From Patescibacteria group bacterium UBA5272 (GTDB taxonomy: Bacteria > Patescibacteriota > Minisyncoccia > Phycocordibacterales > UBA5272): a stretch of DNA of 64,000 nucleotides. Position 1 is the first letter of the stretch; the number at the start of each line of letters is the position of its first letter. A model generated the notes under the pieces. That model searched no databases. It worked only from the letters and a program-made list of their open reading frames with translations, and was not told where the DNA came from. The stretch is from assembly GCA_002408565.1 (NCBI GenBank), contig DHTA01000005.1:108049-172048 (forward strand), read 5' to 3'. Below are positions 8,611 through 18,251 of the stretch, in pieces. The position numbers were made by a program, and so were the translations under genes.

Positions 8611-9105
8611 ATGAACGAAAATTATTTGAGGAAGTATTTGGATATTAAAGTCTTTGACGACAAGACTCAAGTTCAATTTTGGAAAGATGAAGTTTTGGTT
8701 GAGAGTTCAGAGTTTGCTTTAGGTTTAAATCAAATCTCTGAAAATTTGGTGTCTGATTATATTATGAATAATTGGTTAGCTGGGATTCTTTATATTTTGG
8801 ATAAAATTTCTCTTTTAGATAGAATACCAACTTTTTTTTATGTGAGTGCTGAGAGATATGGTAGTGTCTTTGAAAAATTTTTGAAAAAACCTGAAACTTA
8901 TTCACAGTTTTATTTAGAGCCGACCGAATACGGTTTAGGTGTCCATGTTATAATAAAAAAGATAAATCCTATCAATATTAATTCTCATCGAGAGGATTAT
9001 ATAAAGAATGAGGGCATCAGGGATAAAGTTATTATTAAAGATAATAAAGAAGATTCAAAATCATATGAGAGATATACGAAGGCCATATCGCAATTCAAGG
9101 TCTGA
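8611..9105 (+). CDS. Hypothetical protein (164 aa)
   Basis: ORF heading the infA/ribosomal-protein operon. It overlaps the next ORF by 40-100 nt. Confidence 0.4.
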   Translation: MNENYLRKYLDIKVFDDKTQVQFWKDEVLVESSEFALGLNQISENLVSDYIMNNWLAGILYILDKISLLDRIPTFFYVSAERYGSVFEKFLKKPETYSQFYLEPTEYGLGVHVIIKKINPININSHREDYIKNEGIRDKVIIKDNKEDSKSYERYTKAISQFKV

Positions 9106-10516
9106 GGAAAAAAATCCAGCCAGACACAAAGATAACTCTTCTCGTTTTTCGGAGAGAGAAGAGATTATTTCTAGAGACGAAGAAGTTTCTAGAAGAAAAA
9201 AAGAATTTGGAGATGTTGAGTATACCAGAGAAGGCAGACCAATGATTAAAGCTTCCTCTCATTTTGATGTCAAACCAGCAAATTATAGAAGAGAGAGATC
9301 GGGAGAAGAGTTTGATGTTTTAAAAAGAAGTGAATTTTTCAATAATACTAGTCAAAGAAATTTTGATGAAGACAAACTTAAAGAGTTTAAACAAAAAAGA
9401 AATAAAAAGAAAACTGAAAGGAGGGCTTTTGGTATAATTTTTCTTATTTTAATTGTGGGAGGTTTAGCCGCTTGGACTTTCTTATTTAATAGCGTCAAAC
9501 TTTATGTCAATCCAAAATATGAAGATATAGAGCTCACTGGAAGTTTTTTGGTTTTTAAGGATGACATAGTGGTAAATTATGCCAGCTCAACCTTAACCAA
9601 AACTGTCTTAAAATCTGAGCCAAAAGAAGTCAATCAAAAAGCTGCTGGAGAATTGACCATTTACAACAATTATTCTGAAGCCCCTCAAGTTTTGATTACT
9701 AATACTAGATTTCAAACTCCAGACGGAAAGATTTTCAGGATTGGTGAAAGTGTGACCGTGCCTGGGAAAAAGGGGACGACTCCCGGATCTGTTAAGGTGA
9801 AAGTTTCAGCTGATGCTTATGGGGCAGAATATAATATTTCTGCTACCGAATTTACTATTCCTGGTTTTAAAGGTACAGCTAGATTTGATGGCTTTTATGC
9901 AAAGTCCACCGAGCCTATGACTGGCGGAGTTTCAGGAATTGTACAAATTGTTTCTCCAGATGATATAGCCAAGGCTAAACTAGAGCTTTCTTCTTCTATT
10001 AAATCAAACATAATCGCGGAGGCTGAGAAAATCAAAAGAGAAAATTATGTGACTTTAGTTAAAGCTCCTTTAATCACTTACACTGACAATCAAGAAGATC
10101 TCATGACTACTGAAAAAACTTCTTATGAATTGACTGGCTCAGGAATTATTCTTTCTATACGAGAAGAAGTTTTAGCAAAAATGTTAGCTCAACATGCTTT
10201 AGGAGATTCTTACAATGAGTTGGAAAGTGTTCGTTTAGATAATGAAGAATATTTAATCTTTTCTCTAGATGAAAAGACAGACTTGGCAGCTGATATTATT
10301 AAAATTGATATCACTGGAAGAGCGAGAATCGTTTGGACTTATGATGTTGAAAATATTAAAGCTTCTTTGGTAGGTCAAAGGTTGACTACTTTAAATGAAG
10401 TTCTAGCAAATTATAGTTCAGCTATTACTGATAGCTCATACAACGCTTCTCCTTCTTGGATTAAAAAGTTTCCAACTTCTATAGAAAGAATTAGACTTAT
10501 TGAAGAAATAAGGTAA
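9065..10516 (+). CDS. Hypothetical membrane-anchored protein (start ambiguous: 9008 or 9065)
   Basis: Basic Arg/Ser/Glu-rich N-terminal region, a single TM (FGIIFLILIVGGLAAWTFLF), then a roughly 330-aa extracytoplasmic domain. No family recognised. Confidence 0.5.
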   Translation: MRDIRRPYRNSRSEEKNPARHKDNSSRFSEREEIISRDEEVSRRKKEFGDVEYTREGRPMIKASSHFDVKPANYRRERSGEEFDVLKRSEFFNNTSQRNFDEDKLKEFKQKRNKKKTERRAFGIIFLILIVGGLAAWTFLFNSVKLYVNPKYEDIELTGSFLVFKDDIVVNYASSTLTKTVLKSEPKEVNQKAAGELTIYNNYSEAPQVLITNTRFQTPDGKIFRIGESVTVPGKKGTTPGSVKVKVSADAYGAEYNISATEFTIPGFKGTARFDGFYAKSTEPMTGGVSGIVQIVSPDDIAKAKLELSSSIKSNIIAEAEKIKRENYVTLVKAPLITYTDNQEDLMTTEKTSYELTGSGIILSIREEVLAKMLAQHALGDSYNELESVRLDNEEYLIFSLDEKTDLAADIIKIDITGRARIVWTYDVENIKASLVGQRLTTLNEVLANYSSAITDSSYNASPSWIKKFPTSIERIRLIEEIR

Positions 10517-10530
10517 AATAGGTATTAATT

Positions 10531-10788
10531 ATGAATAAAGAAAATAAAAATATAGAAGATATAGAAGAGTTCGAAGACGAAGATGTTTTGGAAGTCAAAG
10601 AGGGACGGGTTATAGAAGCTTTGCCGGCAGCTCTTTTCAGAGTAAAATTTAATAGTGATGGTAAGGAGTTGATTTGTTTTTTGAAAGGTAAAATTAAAAT
10701 CTTTAAAATTAAGATTTTGGTAGGGGATAAGGTCTTGGTCGAGATCGATCCGTATGGAGGAAGAGGTAGAATTATAAGAAGGCTCTAA
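10531..10788 (+). CDS. infA: Translation initiation factor IF-1, with a roughly 20-aa acidic N-terminal extension (an internal TTG alternative start is possible)
   Basis: KEGRVIEALPAALFRVKFNSDGKELICFLKGKIK...ILVGDKVLVEIDPYGGRGRIIRR matches IF-1 S1-like OB-fold motifs. Confidence 0.85.
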   Translation: MNKENKNIEDIEEFEDEDVLEVKEGRVIEALPAALFRVKFNSDGKELICFLKGKIKIFKIKILVGDKVLVEIDPYGGRGRIIRRL

Positions 10789-10884
10789 AAGCTTTAGAGA
10801 TATAGCTAGAAAGTTTGCAATTTTTTATTAATTATAGTATACTTTCTCTCACAAACTAAATACTAGTTTTTTATTTTTTTGCTT

Positions 10885-10998
10885 ATGAAAGTAAGATCAT
10901 CTGTTAAAAAGTTTTGCGGAAATTGTAAAATGATAAAGAGGAATGGCGACCTCCGTGTTATTTGTACTAATCCAAAACATAAGCAAGTACAAGGATAA
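10885..10998 (+). CDS. rpmJ: 50S ribosomal protein L36
   Basis: Translated by hand to [37 protein letters not shown]. This closely matches E. coli L36 (C-x2-C-x12-C-x4-H). It is too short for the ORF track. Confidence 0.85.
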   Translation: MKVRSSVKKFCGNCKMIKRNGDLRVICTNPKHKQVQG

Positions 10999-11014
10999 TT
11001 TATTATTAAACATT

Positions 11015-11395
11015 ATGCGTATTGCAGGTATTACAATTCCAGAAGACAAGAGATTAGAGGTGGCTCTGACTGTGGTTCACGGTATCGGTCGCCCAAGAGC
11101 TAAGACTATTTTAAATAGTCTTAATATTGATTCTGCTAAAAAGGTTCCAGATCTTACAGCTGATGAAGAAAAAGATGTGAGACGTGAAGTGGAAGCTTTT
11201 AAAATCGAAGGAGACTTGAGAAGAGAAAAACAAATCAATATTAAAAGGCTCAAAGATTTAAAATGTTATCGTGGCGTCAGACATACTCGCGGTTTGCCAG
11301 TCAGAGGACAAAGAACCAAAACCAATAGTCGCACAGTAAGAGGCAATCAAAGAAAGACTATGGGCTCTGGTAGAAGAAAAGTCGAAAAGACCTAG
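11015..11395 (+). CDS. rpsM: 30S ribosomal protein S13
   Basis: MRIAGITIPEDKRLEVALTVVHGIGRPRAKTIL... is the S13 signature. The start is trimmed from the track ORF, which overlaps rpmJ. Confidence 0.9.
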   Translation: MRIAGITIPEDKRLEVALTVVHGIGRPRAKTILNSLNIDSAKKVPDLTADEEKDVRREVEAFKIEGDLRREKQINIKRLKDLKCYRGVRHTRGLPVRGQRTKTNSRTVRGNQRKTMGSGRRKVEKT

Positions 11396-11419
11396 AAATA
11401 TAATTATTATTAAAAAAAT

Positions 11420-11854
11420 ATGGGAAAGAAACGTGTAGTTAAAAAAAGTGGTTCAGGATTAGATCATGCTCTTAAAAACAGAGCTCTTTCTAAGTCCGTC
11501 AAAAGAAAACTCTCAGAAGGTATTCTTTATGTTGAATCTACTTACAACAATACAAAATTAACTCTGACAGATTTGTCTGGTAATGTAATTATTTGGTCCA
11601 CTTCTGGTTCTCTTGGATTTAAAGGAGCCAAAAAAGGTACCCCTTATGCCGCTGGAAAAATTGCTGAAGTGATTGGAGAAAAAGCTTCTCTAGCTGGAGT
11701 GAAAGAGGTAAAAGTTATAGTTAACGGTGTCGGTTCAGGAAGAGAGGCGGCTATTAGATCTTTTGCTGCTTTCGGAATTGATTTAACTTCTATCGAAGAT
11801 AAGACTCCTGTTCCTCACAACGGTCCAAAACCAAAGAAACCAAGAAGAATTTAA
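11420..11854 (+). CDS. rpsK: 30S ribosomal protein S11
   Basis: GILYVESTYNNTKLTLTDLSGNVIIWSTSGSLGFKGAKKGTPYAAG is the S11 core. Confidence 0.9.
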   Translation: MGKKRVVKKSGSGLDHALKNRALSKSVKRKLSEGILYVESTYNNTKLTLTDLSGNVIIWSTSGSLGFKGAKKGTPYAAGKIAEVIGEKASLAGVKEVKVIVNGVGSGREAAIRSFAAFGIDLTSIEDKTPVPHNGPKPKKPRRI

Positions 11855-11872
11855 TTTTAATATTATAAAAAT

Positions 11873-12505
11873 ATGATGGATAAAAAATGTAAAATTTGTA
11901 GAAGAGCCGGTGAAAAACTTTTTCTAAAAGGGGAAAGATGTTTTACTCCTAAATGTGCTATGAACACAAGAGCTTATCCTCCTGGAAAACTTGCTTCTGA
12001 AAAGAAACGTAGATCTCCAATTTCTGAATATGGTATTCAAATGAGAGAGAAACAAAAAATCAAAAATATCTACGGCGTTTCTGAAAAACAATTTGTAGCT
12101 TATGTCAAAAATGCAGAGACTTCAGCTGTAAACACAAAAGTTATGCCTGCTCTTGGTGCTTATATCAATCTAGAAACTCGTTTAGACAATGTGGTCTTTA
12201 GAATGGGTCTAGCTAAAAGTCGTCCTTTGGCGAGACAAATTGTCTCTCATGGACACATATTGGTCAACGGGAAAAAGATTAATATCCCTTCTCACAGAGT
12301 AAGAGTGGGAGATGTGGTGGCAATCAGAGAGGGTTCAAAAAGTAGCAAGCTTTTCAGTGAGGCTACAAACAAATTGAAAGATGTTTCCTCACCAGATTGG
12401 TTGGCTTTAGACGCTACCAAACTTGAGGCTAAAGTAAATTCTTTCCCTAAAGAAATTGAAGGAGGATTTGACTTTGCGAAGGTTCTCGAATTTTACAGCA
12501 AATAG
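11873..12505 (+). CDS. rpsD: 30S ribosomal protein S4
   Basis: N-terminal zinc-ribbon-like CKICRRAGEKLFLKGERCFTPKC and an S4 domain. Confidence 0.9.
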   Translation: MMDKKCKICRRAGEKLFLKGERCFTPKCAMNTRAYPPGKLASEKKRRSPISEYGIQMREKQKIKNIYGVSEKQFVAYVKNAETSAVNTKVMPALGAYINLETRLDNVVFRMGLAKSRPLARQIVSHGHILVNGKKINIPSHRVRVGDVVAIREGSKSSKLFSEATNKLKDVSSPDWLALDATKLEAKVNSFPKEIEGGFDFAKVLEFYSK

Positions 12506-12525
12506 TAAGAATATCGGTTTTCCCC

Positions 12526-12555
12526 TTGATTTTCTTAGGCTTTTTGTGTTATAAT
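12526..12555 (+). promoter_or_regulatory. Putative internal sigma-70-type promoter for rpoA (TTGATT, 18 nt, TGtTATAAT)
   Basis: -35 TTGATT at 12526-12531 and extended -10 TGTTATAAT at 12547-12555, in the rpsD-rpoA spacer. Confidence 0.4.
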
Positions 12556-12639
12556 AACCTCCGTCAATTTTTGTCGGTTAATTTATTAATTTTATTAATT
12601 ATTAAGAACAATAGGTCAGAAAAATAATAAGATAAAACT

Positions 12640-13608
12640 ATGCATTCACAAAATATCAATCTCCCATCCAAGCCAAAAATTATCAAAGAAGAAGATAATA
12701 AAGGTATTTACGAAATCGATGGATTATATCCTGGATATGGATATACTTTAGGCAATTCTATTAGAAGAATTATAATTTCTTCTATTCCTGGAGCAGCTAT
12801 CACTTCTCTTTCTATCGAAGGAGTCAAACATGAATTTTCCACCATTGAAGGCATCAAAGAAGATGTCATTTCTCTTATTTTAAATTTAAAAGAGATTAAC
12901 TTTACTTTACACTCAGATGAGCCTCAAAAGATTTCTCTCAAAGTTAAGGGGCCAAAAGTTGTCACTGCAGCAGACTTGGATGTCAATTCTGAAGTGGAAG
13001 TTTTAAATAAAGATGCATATCTTTGCGAAATTACTGGTAAAGTCACTTTAGAATTTGAAATGACTGTAGAAAAAGGTATTGGTTATATTTCTAAAGAGCA
13101 AGTGGAAAAAGAAAGAACAGCTATTGGAGATATTGCTTTGGATGCAGCTTTTACACCTGTAAAAAGAGCGAGTTATGAAGTAGAAAATATGCGTGTTGGA
13201 GATAGGACAGATCACAATAGATTAAGACTTTTTATTGAAACAGATGGTACAATTTCTCCTAAAGAAGTTTTAGAATATTCTATTTCTCTTATGATCAAAC
13301 AGCTTCAAGCTGTAGTTGGTTTTAAGGAAAATGTCATTGAAGCAGAAGACGGTATGATGTCAGACAATATGGTAGAAGGAGCTCAAGATACTGCAGAGTC
13401 TCCATCTAAAATCAAAATTGAAGAGTTACAATTTTCTACTCGTACCGAAAACGCTCTCTTGGCTGGAGGGGTAAAGACTTTATCTGGCCTTTTGAAAAAA
13501 TCAGAGTCTGATTTGAAGGCTCTTGGAGGGCTTGGTGACAAAGCAGTAGAAGAAATAAGGGAGCTCTTAGAAGGAAAAGGTCTTTATCTTAAACAAGAGA
13601 AGAAATAA
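12640..13608 (+). CDS. rpoA: DNA-directed RNA polymerase subunit alpha
   Basis: EIDGLYPGYGYTLGNSIRRIIISSIPGAAITSLSIEGVKHEFSTIEG is the canonical RpoA N-terminal domain. Confidence 0.9.
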   Translation: MHSQNINLPSKPKIIKEEDNKGIYEIDGLYPGYGYTLGNSIRRIIISSIPGAAITSLSIEGVKHEFSTIEGIKEDVISLILNLKEINFTLHSDEPQKISLKVKGPKVVTAADLDVNSEVEVLNKDAYLCEITGKVTLEFEMTVEKGIGYISKEQVEKERTAIGDIALDAAFTPVKRASYEVENMRVGDRTDHNRLRLFIETDGTISPKEVLEYSISLMIKQLQAVVGFKENVIEAEDGMMSDNMVEGAQDTAESPSKIKIEELQFSTRTENALLAGGVKTLSGLLKKSESDLKALGGLGDKAVEEIRELLEGKGLYLKQEKK

Positions 13609-13654
13609 GAGTTGCAAAAATACTTAAAAAAGTGTATAAAATATAGACAAAAAC

Positions 13655-14008
13655 ATGAAGCATCATAAAAATTTTAGAAAATTTGGACGAGAGAAAAATC
13701 AGAGAAAGGCTTTTATTAAAGGTCTAGCTGTGAACTTGATTCGTCACGAAAAAATAGAGACAACTGAAGCTAGAGCCAAAGAGATTAGACCTTTTGTGGA
13801 GAGATTGGTCACTTTAGCTAAAGAAGATACTGTAGCAAGAAGGAGATTAGTAGCTAGCAGAATTCTCAATCAAGAACCTGAAACTAAAAAACTTTTCACC
13901 GAGATTGCTCCAAAATATAAAGATGTGAATGGTGGATATTTAAGAATTACTAAATTAGGACAAAGAATTGGAGACGGTTCACCAATTGCTATAATTGAAT
14001 TTGTATAA
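13655..14008 (+). CDS. rplQ: 50S ribosomal protein L17
   Basis: RKFGREKNQRKAFIKGLAVNLIRHEKIETTEARAKEIRPFVERLVTLAK is the L17 signature. Confidence 0.9.
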   Translation: MKHHKNFRKFGREKNQRKAFIKGLAVNLIRHEKIETTEARAKEIRPFVERLVTLAKEDTVARRRLVASRILNQEPETKKLFTEIAPKYKDVNGGYLRITKLGQRIGDGSPIAIIEFV

Positions 14009-14012
14009 AAAT

Positions 14013-14378
14013 ATGACAACTCTAAAAGAAACAAAAGAATATACAATTGATGCGACAGGAAAATCTTTAGGAAGATTATCTTCTCAGGTAGCAGCTCTTT
14101 TAAATGCTAAAAATTCTACTAGTTTTGCAAAAAATGTAGTGGCTCCAGTAAAGGTTAAAGTTATTAATGCTTCAAAAGTAAAAGTGACAGGTAAAAAAAT
14201 GAATCAAAGTGTTCACAAGACTTATTCTGGTTATCCAGGAGGACAAAGAGTGAAAACTTTAGCTACAGTTGTAGAGAAAAAAGGATATAAAGAAATTGTG
14301 AGACATGCTGTGGAAGGAATGCTTCCTAAAAATAAATTACAAGACAAGAGAATGAAAAATCTTTTAATAGAAGAATAA
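14013..14378 (+). CDS. rplM: 50S ribosomal protein L13
   Basis: KTYSGYPGGQRV and the L13 family pattern. ATG at 14013, immediately after the rplQ stop. The track's 13995 start is TTG inside rplQ. Confidence 0.9.
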   Translation: MTTLKETKEYTIDATGKSLGRLSSQVAALLNAKNSTSFAKNVVAPVKVKVINASKVKVTGKKMNQSVHKTYSGYPGGQRVKTLATVVEKKGYKEIVRHAVEGMLPKNKLQDKRMKNLLIEE

Positions 14379-14396
14379 GTTTAATATTATAAAATT

Positions 14397-14795
14397 ATGA
14401 GTAAAGAAAAATACATTGAAGGCATAGGAAGAAGAAAAACTGCGACAGCTAGAGTTCGTATAACTCCATCAGCTAAAGCTTCTTTTATCGTAAACGATAA
14501 AGATGTTCACGATTATTTTCCAACTTCAGAACTTCTCACTGTAGTAAATTCGGCTTTTGCTAAAGCTGATATTCCAAATAAATATTCTATTACCGTCAAA
14601 GTTTCAGGTTCTGGTATTCATTCTCAAGCCGAAGCTGTTAGACATGGTATCACTAGATGTTTGGTAGAAGAAGATAAAGAGCTTAGAACTACTCTCAAAA
14701 AACTTGGTTTCCTCAAAAGAGATCCTAGAAAGAAAGAAAGAAAGAAATTCGGTCTTAAAAAAGCTCGTAAAGGTCCAACTTGGTCAAAAAGATAG
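14397..14795 (+). CDS. rpsI: 30S ribosomal protein S9
   Basis: GRRKTATARVRITP... with a C-terminal KKARKGPTWSKR tail characteristic of S9. Confidence 0.9.
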   Translation: MSKEKYIEGIGRRKTATARVRITPSAKASFIVNDKDVHDYFPTSELLTVVNSAFAKADIPNKYSITVKVSGSGIHSQAEAVRHGITRCLVEEDKELRTTLKKLGFLKRDPRKKERKKFGLKKARKGPTWSKR

Positions 14796-14798
14796 TAA

Positions 14799-14826
14799 AA
14801 ACCCGGATATTCCGGGTTTTTATTTT
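14799..14826 (+). terminator. Rho-independent terminator after rpsI
   Basis: ACCCGGA-UAU-UCCGGGU followed by TTTTTATTTT. Confidence 0.7.
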
Positions 14827-14911
14827 ACAAAAACCCCATTTGACAAACATCTTAAAGCTTGATAGATTAAAACTAGAAAATGTTATTTGAAATCTTTTAA
14901 AATAATCATTA

Positions 14912-15445
14912 ATGAGAAAAGATGTTTTAACAATCGTTGGGGAAGGGTTGTTTGGCGCAGACTGGATTCCAATTATGGAAAACCAAAAGTTTTCTTTTCG
15001 AAAAGAGTTTAAGACTTCATTGTCTAGAAAGTATAATGAAGAACAAAGACTTCCGTCCAAAAAGAAATACAAAGTACACATTTTGGCTGGAAATGAAATT
15101 GAAAAGAAACAGGAGCGTACAACCGAAAATCTAAAAAGATTAGCCGAAGAAAAGTATGGCTTTAAATCTTTTGAAACATTGAAAGGTGAAGGAGTCTTTT
15201 TGTGTAGACTCAAAATCTCAAATCAAAAGATGAGGGAGATGGGCTTTGATTATATTTCTATGCTGCATAAACCTTATGAAGATGACTATGGAGATGAGGG
15301 ATTTATAATCTTTGACGATTCCTTGCAGGATAATATTTATTTATATTATGCTGAAATGAATGATTATTGGGCAAAAAATGGGGGATTTATTTTCTTGGAA
15401 GAAATTCCTGTCCCTCAATCGAAAAAAGATAAAAAACCTTTGTAA
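14912..15445 (+). CDS. Hypothetical protein (177 aa)
   Basis: Intact ORF between two terminators. No family recognised. The antisense ORF 14755-15213 is judged spurious. Confidence 0.45.
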   Translation: MRKDVLTIVGEGLFGADWIPIMENQKFSFRKEFKTSLSRKYNEEQRLPSKKKYKVHILAGNEIEKKQERTTENLKRLAEEKYGFKSFETLKGEGVFLCRLKISNQKMREMGFDYISMLHKPYEDDYGDEGFIIFDDSLQDNIYLYYAEMNDYWAKNGGFIFLEEIPVPQSKKDKKPL

Positions 15446-15468
15446 TTTTACAAAGGTTTTCTTTTTTG
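15435..15468 (+). terminator. Rho-independent terminator overlapping the stop codon of the preceding ORF
   Basis: AACCTTTGTAA-TT-TTACAAAGGTT followed by TTCTTTTTT. Confidence 0.55.
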
Positions 15469-15491
15469 CTTTTTGTTAAAAATATTTTTTA

Positions 15492-15500
15492 TGATATAAT
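15492..15500 (+). promoter_or_regulatory. Extended -10 promoter (TGATATAAT) of the grpE-dnaK-dnaJ operon
   Basis: TTTTATGATATAATGCT, the same motif as upstream of alaS. About 115-nt leader to grpE. Confidence 0.45.
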
Positions 15501-15616
15501 GCTAATATCACTAATAGGTTGTAAATGATAGATGTTTCTCGCATGACTTTTATTAGTGTTTTGTTATTTTAAAAAATCGCCTACAATAATTAATTTATGG
15601 CGTGATAAAGCTAATT

Positions 15617-16264
15617 ATGAAAGATAAAAAAGATAAAAATGATTCTGAGATTGAGGAGAAAGAAATTACTGAAGAGGAGGCGAACGATGTGGTTTTTGAA
15701 GAATTGGATGAGGATGGCGAAGAGATGACCGGAAGACAGAAGAAAAAAAACGAAAAAGATAAATTAAAAGAAAAGTTTGAAGATAAAATTAAAAGACTTG
15801 AGAAAGAGAGAGATGAATATTTGAGAGGTTGGCAAAGAGCTCAAGCGGATTATAAAAATAGAGAAAAAGAATTAGAAGATTATAGAAAAGGTATTGTCAA
15901 ATTTGCTAACGAAAATTTGGTAAAAGAAATGCTGCCAGTTTTTGATGGATATGATGCTGCCCGTAGCAACAAAAAGCAATGGGAAGATGTCAATCCAGAT
16001 TGGAGAATAGGAGTAGAATATCTCTTTTCTCAGTTCTTAGATATTTTAGCTGATGCTGGAGTCGTGATTTATGGAAAAGAAGGAGATGTATATGATCCTT
16101 CACTTCACGAAGCTATAGAATTAATAGAATTATCTCCTGAAGAAAAAGCTAAAGATCATAAAATTGTTTCCGTTTTACAGAAAGGATATAAAATGGGAGA
16201 CAAGATTTTGCGAGCAGCCAAAGTGAAAGTTGGCAAATTAAAAGAGAATGACAATTTATTATAA
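15617..16264 (+). CDS. grpE: Nucleotide exchange factor GrpE
   Basis: Coiled-coil region KRLEKERDEYLRGWQRAQADYKNREKELED and a C-terminal GrpE beta domain. First ATG at 15617; the track's 15602 start is GTG. Confidence 0.85.
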   Translation: MKDKKDKNDSEIEEKEITEEEANDVVFEELDEDGEEMTGRQKKKNEKDKLKEKFEDKIKRLEKERDEYLRGWQRAQADYKNREKELEDYRKGIVKFANENLVKEMLPVFDGYDAARSNKKQWEDVNPDWRIGVEYLFSQFLDILADAGVVIYGKEGDVYDPSLHEAIELIELSPEEKAKDHKIVSVLQKGYKMGDKILRAAKVKVGKLKENDNLL

Positions 16265-16290
16265 AATATTAAGAAAAGAAAGAAACGAAT

Positions 16291-18192
16291 ATGAGTAAAA
16301 TTATTGGAATCGACTTAGGAACCACAAATTCAGCAGCGGCAATTATTGAAGGAGGACAACCAAAAATAATTGAAAATGTTGAGGGATATAGAACTACTCC
16401 GTCTGTGATTTCCTATGCAAAAAACGGAGAAAGAACAGCTGGAATTGTAGCTAAAAGACAGGCCGTTATCAATCCAGAAAATACTATTTATGGAGTAAAA
16501 AGATATATGGGTCACTCTTTTAAAGATAAAGAAGTGCAATCTGATATTTCTAAAGTAGCTTATAAATTAAAAGAGGGGCCAAATGGTTCAGTTTTAATTA
16601 CTTTAGGAGGAAAAGATTATCGTCCCGAAGAAGTTTCAGCTATGATACTTCAAAAATTAAAAGCCGACGCAGAAGCTAAACTTGGAGAAAAAATTACTGA
16701 AGCTGTTATTACAGTGCCTGCTTATTTTAATGACACTCAAAGACAAGCTACGGTAGATGCTGGAAAAATTGCTGGCTTGGAAGTTAAAAGAATTATTCCT
16801 GAACCTACAGCAGCAGCTTTGGCTTATGGATTTAATACAAATAAAAATGAAAAATTAGCTGTCTATGACTTTGGGGGAGGGACTTTCGATATTTCCATTC
16901 TAGAAGTAGGAGACGGTGTGGTGGAAGTAAAATCTGTGGACGGAGACTCTCATCTTGGAGGTCGTGACATCGACCATGAAATAATGAAAGTCATTATAGA
17001 TAAATTTAAAGCTGAAACTGGTATTGATGTTAGTGGAGACACTTTGGCTTTGCAAAGAATTGATGAAGCAGCAGAAAAAGCTAAACATGAGCTTTCTACT
17101 CAATCTGTAGCTGAAATCTTTCTTCCATTCTTGACTGCTGGTCAAGATGGACCAAAGAATCTTCAAATGAATCTCACTCGTGCCGAGCTTGAAAATATTG
17201 CTCGTCCATTTGTAGAAAGAACAATAGAAATTACTAAAAGAGCACTTGAAAGTTCTCCTTTCAAAAAAGAAGAAATTCATGATGTGATTTTAGTAGGCGG
17301 ACAAACCAGAATGCCTATGGTTGCAGAAGCTGTAAAAAATCTTTTTGGTAAAGAGCCAAATAGAAATATCAATCCAGATGAAGTGGTGGCTATGGGGGCA
17401 GCAGTGCAAGCTGGTGTCTTACAAGGAGACGTGAAAGACGTTTTACTTTTAGATGTTATACCTCTTTCTCTTGGTATTGAAACTTTAGGAGGTGTGGCAA
17501 CCAAATTGGTAGAAAAAAATACCACTATCCCAACTCAAAGATCGCAGACTTTCTCTACTGCGGGCGATAATCAAACTTCAGTAGAGATTCATATTGTCCA
17601 AGGAGAAAGACCAATGGCGGCTGACAACAAATCTTTAGGTAGATTTATTTTGGATGGCATTCCTCCAGCTCCACGTGGAGTTCCGCAAGTAGAAGTATCT
17701 TTTGATATCGATGCAAACGGTATTTTAAATGTCACCGCTAAAGATAAAACTTCTGGTAAAGAACAATCTATCAGAATTGAAGCTAGCTCCGGTTTAACCG
17801 ATGAAGATATTAAAAGAATGCAAAATGAAGCTGAAGCCAATGCGGAAGCTGATAAAAAGAAAATGGAAGTCATTGAAGCTAGAAATCTTGCTGACCAAAC
17901 AATTCATATTGCGGAAAAAGCTTTAAAAGATGCGGAAGGTAAAATTTCTGATGAGATTAAAAATGAAGTTACTCAAAAAAGAATTGATTTAACTTCTGTT
18001 AAAAATAATCCAGAATCTACTGTAGAGCAAATCAAAAAAGCTACAGAAGAATTATCGGAAGCTATGATGAAAATTGGCGAAGCTATGAAGTCATCTAACG
18101 ACGCTAACTCAAACCCAAATCCTAATCCTGAAAATCAGGAAAATAAAGAAAATCCTGAAAATACAGAAAATAACGAATCACAAACTAATTAA
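16291..18192 (+). CDS. dnaK: Chaperone DnaK (Hsp70)
   Basis: [14 protein letters not shown] and DLGGGTFD signatures. 633 aa. Confidence 0.95.
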   Translation: MSKIIGIDLGTTNSAAAIIEGGQPKIIENVEGYRTTPSVISYAKNGERTAGIVAKRQAVINPENTIYGVKRYMGHSFKDKEVQSDISKVAYKLKEGPNGSVLITLGGKDYRPEEVSAMILQKLKADAEAKLGEKITEAVITVPAYFNDTQRQATVDAGKIAGLEVKRIIPEPTAAALAYGFNTNKNEKLAVYDFGGGTFDISILEVGDGVVEVKSVDGDSHLGGRDIDHEIMKVIIDKFKAETGIDVSGDTLALQRIDEAAEKAKHELSTQSVAEIFLPFLTAGQDGPKNLQMNLTRAELENIARPFVERTIEITKRALESSPFKKEEIHDVILVGGQTRMPMVAEAVKNLFGKEPNRNINPDEVVAMGAAVQAGVLQGDVKDVLLLDVIPLSLGIETLGGVATKLVEKNTTIPTQRSQTFSTAGDNQTSVEIHIVQGERPMAADNKSLGRFILDGIPPAPRGVPQVEVSFDIDANGILNVTAKDKTSGKEQSIRIEASSGLTDEDIKRMQNEAEANAEADKKKMEVIEARNLADQTIHIAEKALKDAEGKISDEIKNEVTQKRIDLTSVKNNPESTVEQIKKATEELSEAMMKIGEAMKSSNDANSNPNPNPENQENKENPENTENNESQTN

Positions 18193-18203
18193 AGTTTTTT
18201 AAA

Positions 18204-18227
18204 GTAGAAAATAAAAATATTTTCTAC
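18204..18227 (+). promoter_or_regulatory. Intercistronic 10-bp hairpin between dnaK and dnaJ
   Basis: GTAGAAAATA-AAAA-TATTTTCTAC, a perfect stem, 12 nt after the dnaK stop and 24 nt before the dnaJ ATG. Confidence 0.4.
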
Positions 18228-18251
18228 TTGATAAAGATTTTACATAAACCT

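Noticed and set aside
10783-10800. Palindrome CTCTAAAAGCTTTAGAG overlapping the infA stop
   Set aside because: It could be an intra-operon attenuator between infA and rpmJ, but there is no adjacent U-tract. Judged too weak to call as a feature.
14755-15213. 152-aa minus-strand ORF and 65-aa plus-strand ORF overlapping the 177-aa hypothetical
   Set aside because: The plus-strand 14912-15445 ORF is bracketed by terminators in the correct orientation. The others are treated as frame shadows, though none has homology support.
15446-15616. Searched for CIRCE (HrcA) or HAIR (HspR) operators upstream of grpE
   Set aside because: Neither consensus is present. Only the unrelated inverted repeat reported in the findings was seen.
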